Shown one piece after another: positions 25,825 through 32,000 of a DNA stretch of 32,000 bases. Below the pieces are notes generated by a model. That model did not search any database. It was not told the origin of the DNA and was given only the letters and a program-made list of their open reading frames with translations. This DNA comes from Halomicronema hongdechloris C2206. GTDB lineage: Bacteria; Cyanobacteriota; Cyanobacteriia; Phormidesmidales; Phormidesmidaceae. The stretch covers positions 4,050,001-4,082,000 of the forward strand of contig NZ_CP021983.2 in NCBI RefSeq assembly GCF_002075285.3, in the 5' to 3' direction. The position numbers were made by a program, and so were the translations under genes. Position 1 is the first letter of the stretch; every line of letters starts with the position of its first letter.

Positions 25825-26692
25825 CTAGGTAAGAGCACCAGTCGCTCCAGCCCCCTAGGTAGAGCTTGTGCATGGGTTCACCGGCAATAGCTTGGGACAG
25901 CAAGTTGACGCAGGCGGTGACCCCGGAGCCGCAGTAGACAATTACCTCGTCAGCATCTCTCAAGGAGGCCCAGTGAGCTTGGAGGTGACGCTGCGATCGC
26001 ATCTGGCCCTGGCCATCACTCACCGCTTGCCAGAAATAATTCACAGAGCCCGGAATACTGCCGGCAACCGGATCGATGGGCTCCTGCTCCCCCCGATAGC
26101 GCGCTGGTGAGCGGGAATCAATTAGCAGGGTCTCCCTCTGTCCCTGGCGTTGACGCACATAATCGATATCCACCAGCCAATCCGCTTGGAGCCGGGGACT
26201 AAACCGACCCGAGGCGGGTTGGGGCACCTCAGTACTGAGGCCATAGCCCCGAGCTTGCCATCCCTGTAGACCACCATCTAGCACCGCCACGGCATCGTGG
26301 CCGAGATAGCGCAACAGCCACCACAACCGTGAGGCAAAGGCAAAGCGACTATCATCATAGGCCACCACATAGGTGGGCGGATCAGAGGTAATGCCCAGGC
26401 TTTCGAACCGCTTGCTCACGGCCTCTAAATCGGGCAGGGGATGGCGCCCCCCATGGATCGCCACCGGACCAGATAGGTCCTGGTTCAGAGCCAGATAATG
26501 GGCGCCCGGAATATGCCCCGCTTCATAGTTCTGGCGCCCTTGCTCAGGGGCTTGTAGCGAAAATCGACAGTCTACCACTACGACCGTGTCATCCTGCAGA
26601 TGGTCATGCAGCCAGTCGGGATGAACGAGATGTTGGGGATAGCTCACCAGTGCCATGGCAGGGCAGTGACTTTTTTGACCGACAATGTCCAA
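25799..26692 (-). CDS. Tandem-rhodanese sulfurtransferase (3-mercaptopyruvate sulfurtransferase type)
   Basis: There are two rhodanese modules. The active-site loop is YCGSGVTAC (CGSGVT is the MST-type loop; TST-type is CRKGVT). The start could be 26692 or the internal MALVSY.... Confidence 0.75.
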   Translation of the reverse strand: MDIVGQKSHCPAMALVSYPQHLVHPDWLHDHLQDDTVVVVDCRFSLQAPEQGRQNYEAGHIPGAHYLALNQDLSGPVAIHGGRHPLPDLEAVSKRFESLGITSDPPTYVVAYDDSRFAFASRLWWLLRYLGHDAVAVLDGGLQGWQARGYGLSTEVPQPASGRFSPRLQADWLVDIDYVRQRQGQRETLLIDSRSPARYRGEQEPIDPVAGSIPGSVNYFWQAVSDGQGQMRSQRHLQAHWASLRDADEVIVYCGSGVTACVNLLSQAIAGEPMHKLYLGGWSDWCSYLVTPPSASA

Positions 26693-26766
26693 TGACTCTA
26701 GGAATGTTTCCGGACGAAGCCAGTTCCCATTGTAGAGGGAGATGGTAGATGCACCCTGATTCCTGA

Positions 26767-26794
26767 CCTCTGGCCTGCGGGCCAGGGGTTTTTT
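26767..26794 (+). terminator. Intrinsic-terminator-like hairpin plus T6, oriented for the + strand
   Basis: CCTCTGGCC-TGCG-GGCCAGGGG forms a 9-bp stem including one G-U pair, followed by TTTTTT (26789-26794). Both neighbouring genes are on the - strand. Confidence 0.5.
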
Positions 26795-26820
26795 GTAGCC
26801 ATCTGCCGCCCCGAAGCAGA

Positions 26821-28014
26821 TTACTGGTCGGGTGCCGCCGGTGTAGAGGCGGTAGCAGGGGTTGAAGAGCCCGTCGCAGTGGGGGTTGATGGTCTCGGAG
26901 CTGAGGTGGCTGAACTGTCAGGGCCAGTCTCTGGTGGCATCGCAGGAGTGGTCACAGGCTGCCTCGGCTCAGGCGGCTGCAAAGCTGGGGAATTATCTTG
27001 CCAGTCTTGGGGCAAGGCTTGAGAGTCACGGGTAATGGCTTCCACTTGGCTGACTTCAAAGATGAGCCGAAACGGTTGTCGCATGCGCTGGGTCAGATAG
27101 GCTTCGACCAACTGCACTTGTTTCGGGGTAACAGGATCTCGGGCATAGACCACCAGCGTCACTTCAGGCGGCTCCACCAGCCAATCGGTATCCATACGAA
27201 TCAACTGCAACCGTTGAAAGGTCAATGTCCCCCCCAACAGAATGTCTTTCACATGGGCTTCCAGACGGTTCTGGCGCAGCAACTCCACCGAGCTATACCC
27301 CAAGGGCAACACCAACAGACTGGTGATGGCCATGGTCCACCCCAGAGGTCGACTGGCCCGCTGAAAAGGGGAATACCCCGCCAGCCAGAAGGCCAGCATA
27401 CAGGCCAGGGTAATTCCCAACAAATTAGTGAGATAGAGTAACAACGACCCCGTCGTTAGCCCCATTTCCCATTGCGCCAGGCCCAAGCCCACCACACAAA
27501 TGGGTGGCATTAAGGCAACGGCGATGGCTGTACCCGCCAAGGTATTGGAGATTTTCGGCTCCACCTTGGCAAAGCCACTAATGCCCCCAGCCGTGACGGC
27601 AATGCCTAGATCCAGCAAATTGGGTTGGGATCGGGATAAGACCTCGCTGCCATAGCCGGGTAGATCAATTGAGAGGCCAATCAAGGTCGATAGCCCCACG
27701 GCTAGCAGACTGCCCCAGCTCAGGGCCCTCAACCCGGTTTGGATCAGCTCCGCATCGCCCTCTAGAATGCCAAAGGCAATGCCCCGAATGGGTTGCATCA
27801 GGGGCGCCACCAGCATGGCCCCGATAATCACGGCGGCGCTGTTGGCGAGCAGCCCCAGGGTGGCGATAATGCAGGAGCCGATGATGAGCACAATGTAGTT
27901 ACGCTCGGTCAGTGACTCATCTAGCAAGCTATCCCGCATGTGTTTAAGGGCCCGGGGAGATACCCGTCGTCCAGAAAAGTAACGATTGACCAGTTTCTGG
28001 AGTGTGCCCTTCAA
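26821..28014 (-). CDS. DUF389-family integral membrane protein with a Pro/Thr/Ser-rich C-terminal tail
   Basis: The pattern ...YIVLIIGSCIIATLGLLANSAAVIIGAMLVAPLMQPI... is typical of DUF389/TIGR00341-type proteins. It has 6-7 TM segments and a low-complexity tail. Confidence 0.6.
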   Translation of the reverse strand: MKGTLQKLVNRYFSGRRVSPRALKHMRDSLLDESLTERNYIVLIIGSCIIATLGLLANSAAVIIGAMLVAPLMQPIRGIAFGILEGDAELIQTGLRALSWGSLLAVGLSTLIGLSIDLPGYGSEVLSRSQPNLLDLGIAVTAGGISGFAKVEPKISNTLAGTAIAVALMPPICVVGLGLAQWEMGLTTGSLLLYLTNLLGITLACMLAFWLAGYSPFQRASRPLGWTMAITSLLVLPLGYSSVELLRQNRLEAHVKDILLGGTLTFQRLQLIRMDTDWLVEPPEVTLVVYARDPVTPKQVQLVEAYLTQRMRQPFRLIFEVSQVEAITRDSQALPQDWQDNSPALQPPEPRQPVTTPAMPPETGPDSSATSAPRPSTPTATGSSTPATASTPAAPDQ

Positions 28015-28150
28015 GGTGTGGTGTGTCCTGCGAGAGTGAACAATCGCTCCTGCGATACTAGGCTTCTACAGCGTGTCTCAAGGCAGTGAGGACTGATTCT
28101 TAAATAGTAGATCCCCCAGCTGCTTGGGCGTCAGGTTTCATCCTCAGCGC

Positions 28151-29473
28151 TCATTGACGACGGTCCTGCTTCTGGTTGATCTCTGCTGACTTCTCAGAGG
28201 CCTCGGGTTTGGCGCTAATGACTTGAGGAGGGGCTGTCTGATTAGGGGACTGCCCCCAGCGATGGGCCATCTCAGCCAGATCAATCCCGGTGCTTTGACG
28301 CAATTGCTCCAGGAAAGCCGCCAATTTCGTGGCTCCGTTGCCTTGGCCCGGATCGATCACGGTAATTTTTTCCACGTCTAGATCCGGCACCGTTGCCACC
28401 AGGTGTTTGAGTAGAGGCTCGAGCTTTTGAAATAGAAAGATCTCGCGGGCATGATCTCCGGCAAAGGCCCAGACTTCGGCGAGTTCTCGGATGCCTTCGG
28501 CCAGTGCCTTACCATCTTCTACAATATGGGCTGCCTGGCCCTTGGCATCGGCTTGGGCCTGCTGGCAGGCGGCCTCGGCCGGTGCGACGACATCGGCCTG
28601 CAGCTGTTGTTCTACCTGGTTACGACGTTCGCGCTGCACCGCTAGTTCGGCTTGGGTGCGAGCAACGCTGGCGGCAATTTCTGATTCCGCTTCCGAAATG
28701 GCTGCCTGTCGCTGAGTCAGCGCATCTTGCCGGCGACGATGGGCTTCGGCTCGGGTGGTTTCGATGGTGGCGGCAATTTCTCCCAGGGCTGTCTTGCGCT
28801 GATCTTCGGCCGCCTGTAAGGCCGATGCAGTTTTGGCCTCGGCTTCGGCAATGCGAGCATCTCGCAGTAGTTCAGCCCGTTGCTTGCGGCCAATCGAATT
28901 TAAATAATCGACATCGTCGGAGATATTCTGGATCTGCAGATTGTCTAGAATCAACCCCAGGTGTTCCAGATCGTCTTCGGCTTCATCCAAGAGATTCCTG
29001 ACGAAGGCCATCTTATCCTCGTTCACTTGCTCTGGCGTGAGACTGGCTAATACCCCGCGTAGATTACCTTCCAGGGTTTCTCGGGCGATGGTTTCAATCG
29101 CTTGCCGACTCTTGCCCAGCAAGCGTTCGATGGCATTGTGGATGGTGGGTTCTTCGCCGGCGATTTTGATGTTGGCTACGCCGTCTACCTTGAGGGGAAT
29201 GCCGCCCTTGGAGTAGGCATTGGTCACCTTCAGCTCGATGATCATGTTGGTCAACTCCATGCGGAAGGCTTTTTCCAACAAGGGCTTACGGATACTGCTG
29301 CCCCCTTTGACCAGGCGATAGCCGACCGCCCCTCGATCGGGAACGGAGCGGCGATCTCCGGCAAAGATCAGCACCTCACTGGGTTGGCAGATGTAGTACA
29401 GATTTTTGACCACCAACAGAATGCCGCCGGAGGCCCCTAAGAGAACGGCGAGTAAGGCAATGATGATGCTCAT
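28151..29473 (-). CDS. Flotillin-like SPFH (band 7) domain protein
   Basis: An N-terminal TM segment, an SPFH core (VTNAYSKGGIPLKVDGVANIKI; LEGNLRGVLASLTPEQVNEDK) and a long Ala/Glu/Gln-rich coiled coil. The start overlaps the upstream stop (ATGA). Confidence 0.85.
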   Translation of the reverse strand: MSIIIALLAVLLGASGGILLVVKNLYYICQPSEVLIFAGDRRSVPDRGAVGYRLVKGGSSIRKPLLEKAFRMELTNMIIELKVTNAYSKGGIPLKVDGVANIKIAGEEPTIHNAIERLLGKSRQAIETIARETLEGNLRGVLASLTPEQVNEDKMAFVRNLLDEAEDDLEHLGLILDNLQIQNISDDVDYLNSIGRKQRAELLRDARIAEAEAKTASALQAAEDQRKTALGEIAATIETTRAEAHRRRQDALTQRQAAISEAESEIAASVARTQAELAVQRERRNQVEQQLQADVVAPAEAACQQAQADAKGQAAHIVEDGKALAEGIRELAEVWAFAGDHAREIFLFQKLEPLLKHLVATVPDLDVEKITVIDPGQGNGATKLAAFLEQLRQSTGIDLAEMAHRWGQSPNQTAPPQVISAKPEASEKSAEINQKQDRRQ

Positions 29474-30921
29474 GGTTCCTCCCTAGTGGCTGGGGTTGAA
29501 GTCGAGGGGGGTGGGGTTGTCATGGCGGCCGGTAGCCCCGCCAGGGGGATGCCTAAGGTCTGTTCGGATTGCTGGAGAAACTGCCGCAGCATCTCGGGGT
29601 AGGCATTGAGCAAGGATGCGATCGCATGGCCGTCGCCATTATCAATGACAGTGACCTCACCCAGATGGAGACGCCCCGGGATTTGCCCCGCTTCCTGCAG
29701 AATCACTTCTAATTGCTGCACCAAAAATAGTTGAGAGGCATCAGCCCCAGTGCTCTGCCAGACGTCTGCCAAGAGGCGGCTGGCCGCCGCCGAGGCCCGG
29801 GCATTTTCTTCGAGTTTGGCCGCCTCCCCCCTGGCTTGCAGTTCCTGGGCCCGTTGTTGGGCTTGGGCTGGGAGCACCTGCTCGACTTCCAGACGAGCTT
29901 TTTCCAGCTGGGCTCGCACCGCCTGCAGTTCTCGCTGAGCCCGGGCCCGGGCTTCGTCAGCGGCGGCTTTTGTCCGTTCTTCTTCGATGCGAGCCTCCTT
30001 GTCCACATCGGCGGTAATGCGCCGCAGTTCATTTTCTCGCTCTTGAATGGCGGTGCGGGCTCGGGTCAGGGCCACATCACTCTGGCGTTTACAGTCTGCC
30101 TCCACTTGGGCCGCTTCTGCCACGGCATTGGATTCGGAAATTTCCGCATCTCTGACAATGTTGGCAATCTGGCGACGGCCGATGGAGTTGAGATAGTCAA
30201 CCCGGTCGGAGACACTTTGAATCTTTAAGGTGTCGAGATGTAAGCCCAATTTAGCCAGATCGTCGCGCACGTCACTGGCGATGCGCTCGGCGAATTGCAA
30301 CCGGTCTTCGTTGAGTTGTTCTGGGGTCAAGGTAGCGACGACCCCCCGCAGGTTGCCTTCTAGGGTTTCTCGAGCCACCCGAGCAATCTCTTTGGGATGG
30401 CGGCCAAGGAATCGTTCGATGGCATTACCCACTAAGGATTCATTGCGGGCAATTTTGACATTGGCGATGGCCTGAATATCGAGGGGGGTGCCGCCTTTGG
30501 CGTAGGCGTTGGTGACTTCAATGGGGACGGGCATGGTGGTCAGGTCCATGGTCTTGACCGTTTCCAGGACCGGTATGTGCAGGGTGCGGCCACCGTAGAT
30601 CACCCGATACCCCAAGACCTGCCCGTCTTTCCGCTTGTAGCGACGCCCGGAGATGATCAAAATCTTATTGGGATCGCAGATCTGAATGAAGGCATTGACG
30701 CCCCAAATGATAATGATGATGGCGACGACGAGGGTGGCAATCAAAGGCATAATAACGCCATCGGCGGTTGGCCCACTGGTCTGCCCCATCACCGGCAAGG
30801 GAGGCGATAGGCCTTCGACGCTATCACCGGCGTGAGAATTCGGGTCAAGCTTAGTGTGTGTCATTGATTTCCCGTCGTTAGGGTGAGACTGGTTTGGTTG
30901 AGGAACTGTCGGAGGCCTCAC
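29470..30921 (-). CDS. Flotillin-like SPFH (band 7) domain protein, paralogue of the downstream gene
   Basis: Same architecture (VTNAYAKGGTPLDIQAIANVKI; LEGNLRGVVATLTPEQLNEDR). The GTG at 30921 overlaps the NfeD-like stop (GTGA). An alternative ATG start (MTHTK...) is at 30864. Confidence 0.8.
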   Translation of the reverse strand: MRPPTVPQPNQSHPNDGKSMTHTKLDPNSHAGDSVEGLSPPLPVMGQTSGPTADGVIMPLIATLVVAIIIIIWGVNAFIQICDPNKILIISGRRYKRKDGQVLGYRVIYGGRTLHIPVLETVKTMDLTTMPVPIEVTNAYAKGGTPLDIQAIANVKIARNESLVGNAIERFLGRHPKEIARVARETLEGNLRGVVATLTPEQLNEDRLQFAERIASDVRDDLAKLGLHLDTLKIQSVSDRVDYLNSIGRRQIANIVRDAEISESNAVAEAAQVEADCKRQSDVALTRARTAIQERENELRRITADVDKEARIEEERTKAAADEARARAQRELQAVRAQLEKARLEVEQVLPAQAQQRAQELQARGEAAKLEENARASAAASRLLADVWQSTGADASQLFLVQQLEVILQEAGQIPGRLHLGEVTVIDNGDGHAIASLLNAYPEMLRQFLQQSEQTLGIPLAGLPAAMTTPPPSTSTPATREEP

Positions 30922-31598
30922 TCGGGGACACCTAGCCAGGGAGATTTGAGCTCTTCGCAGGAGACAACCCAGAGCTTATTGTTTTCGAGCCCAACTACGA
31001 GAACCGTCTCTCCCGGTTGAAAGGCTCTGTCTTCTTGAGTGAAGGCAAAGAAGCCGATGGTAGATCCCTTGAGACTGAGTCTGACTTTTCCCCGGCTGTG
31101 GGCATCAAAGGGAATTTCGACGGTGCCGATTAAGCCGACTAGACTGTCAGAGGTCGTCATGCTGTTGGCTTGGTGTGTGCCCAGTAGGCGCAGGATCCAG
31201 GCGGCGAGGGAGCCGCACAGAATGCCCATTAAAGTTGCGATCGCACCAATCACTGCCACCGGTAGATCGGGCTGTAGCCAGGTTAACAGCAGACCGGTCA
31301 AGCCAAAGAAACAGAGCCCAAAGGTCCAGAACCTGAAGCTCAACACCGGCAACCATAGCCGTTTAGGTGGTCTCGCGAATCGGCGCGTCTGATCAGCCGT
31401 CAAGGCATGGGTACCGGCGTCGATATCGTCGACCTCCGCCTCAATAGCAGCAGTGTCTAGATCGGCAGTATCTAGCTCGGCAGCGTCTAAATCGGCGGTG
31501 TCCAAGTCGCCAAAATCGACTCCATCTAAGCCACCTAAGGCAGACAGCAGCACAAACACGCCACCAATGGCAAAACAGATAATGTAGGGGAGCATCAT
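30918..31598 (-). CDS. NfeD/YqiJ-like membrane protein (flotillin-associated)
   Basis: An N-terminal TM segment, an acidic repeat tract (DLDTADLDAAELDTADLDTAAIEAEVDDID), two or three TM segments, and a C-terminal beta-rich OB-like region (GLIGTVEIPFDAHSRGKVRLSLKGSTIGFFAF). It sits directly upstream of the flotillins, the known NfeD-SPFH arrangement. Confidence 0.7.
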   Translation of the reverse strand: MMLPYIICFAIGGVFVLLSALGGLDGVDFGDLDTADLDAAELDTADLDTAAIEAEVDDIDAGTHALTADQTRRFARPPKRLWLPVLSFRFWTFGLCFFGLTGLLLTWLQPDLPVAVIGAIATLMGILCGSLAAWILRLLGTHQANSMTTSDSLVGLIGTVEIPFDAHSRGKVRLSLKGSTIGFFAFTQEDRAFQPGETVLVVGLENNKLWVVSCEELKSPWLGVPE

Positions 31599-31700
31599 AT
31601 CAACTTAGCTGCCTGGCCTTGAGACCTTCTGCGGGCGGGCGTGAAGAGCCCGCCTATTAGCTTATGGGCTTTATCCAGATGGCAGGGCCACCCCTTCACG

Positions 31701-31775
31701 CTATGTAATCTTTTGACTAGTAATCTTTTGACTACTGCCGCCAGTGGTGAAGCCACAGCCGCCGCCACAACTCAT
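31701..31775 (-). CDS. Candidate 24-aa Cys/Gly-rich small ORF (MSCGGGCGFTTGGSSQKITSQKIT)
   Basis: ATG at 31775-31773, preceded by AGGAG with a 7-nt spacer (GTCAGGAGAACGATTATG on the - strand); stop at 31703-31701. It contains a 15-nt tandem repeat encoding SQKIT twice. It is too short for the supplied ORF track and is not validated. Confidence 0.35.
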   Translation of the reverse strand: MSCGGGCGFTTGGSSQKITSQKIT

Positions 31776-32000
31776 AATCGTTCTCCTGACGTTGCTGGAC
31801 TGATTCGATTCAACAATATCGAGAGGCCTTAGCTAGGGGAGCATAGTCGTAGTCATGAGGCAGGTTATGGTCATACTCGTCCCCATCAAAAAAGCACCCC
31901 TTACGGCGGATGCTTCCCATTAATCACGGCCTAGATGAACTAACCCACGATGTCAGGAGCCTTGCTGGAGGCCAAATCGAGGGGGAAAATATCTACCCGG

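Noticed and set aside
28451-30475. Several 60-165-aa + strand ORFs lie inside the flotillin genes (for example 28504..29001 and 29731..30228).
   Set aside because: They are Arg/Pro/Gly/Ala-rich low-complexity translations antisense to well-supported SPFH genes. Stop-poor antisense frames like this are typical of GC-rich DNA.
31419-31733. Short tandem DNA repeats (the DLDTA-coding repeats and the SQKIT-coding 15-mers), checked as a possible CRISPR or VNTR array.
   Set aside because: The units are 15 nt or shorter, directly adjacent with no spacers, and lie in coding frames. This is not CRISPR-like. No CRISPR array was seen anywhere in the window.

Overview
The window looks cyanobacterial. It has GC-rich host DNA carrying the HIP1 octamer GCGATCGC, plus a CyanoQ-like gene, a pentapeptide-repeat gene and a YggT-like gene. 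It splits into three parts.
(1) 1-3143 is an insertion-sequence graveyard. It holds a partial IS630-like gene, an IS256-family transposase fragment, and an IS4-family element (608-3143) that carries a nested IS630-family element (1863-3049).
(2) About 3144-14300 is a visibly AT-rich island that is almost free of HIP1. All its genes are on the + strand: SAM methyltransferase, nucleotide-sugar dehydrogenase, FMN 2-hydroxy-acid oxidase, a class I/II aminotransferase, a 739-aa protein with an embedded GT-A glycosyltransferase-like core, a C-terminal relic of an amidinotransferase, and trpB-trpA. The aminotransferase is cleanly split by a GC-rich 1165-bp IS with a 9-bp target duplication. I read this as an orphan, partly decayed, horizontally acquired biosynthetic cluster, possibly for a tryptophan-derived product. 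It is the best candidate for an undescribed system here. More IS debris follows on the right (14431-16556).
(3) 16.6-32 kb is host core-like DNA. It encodes a coiled-coil protein, an ethylene-binding-domain-like membrane module fused to a GGDEF diguanylate cyclase, a CPA2 antiporter with a Usp tail, a YggT-like protein, a PNPOx-like protein, a pentapeptide-repeat protein, folP, a CyanoQ-like lipoprotein, a ThiO/DAO-like FAD oxidoreductase, a mercaptopyruvate-type sulfurtransferase and a DUF389 protein. It also holds an NfeD-flotillin-flotillin operon preceded by an unannotated 24-codon Cys/Gly-rich ORF.
No rRNA, tRNA or CRISPR array was found. All family assignments come from reading motifs by eye; no database search was run.
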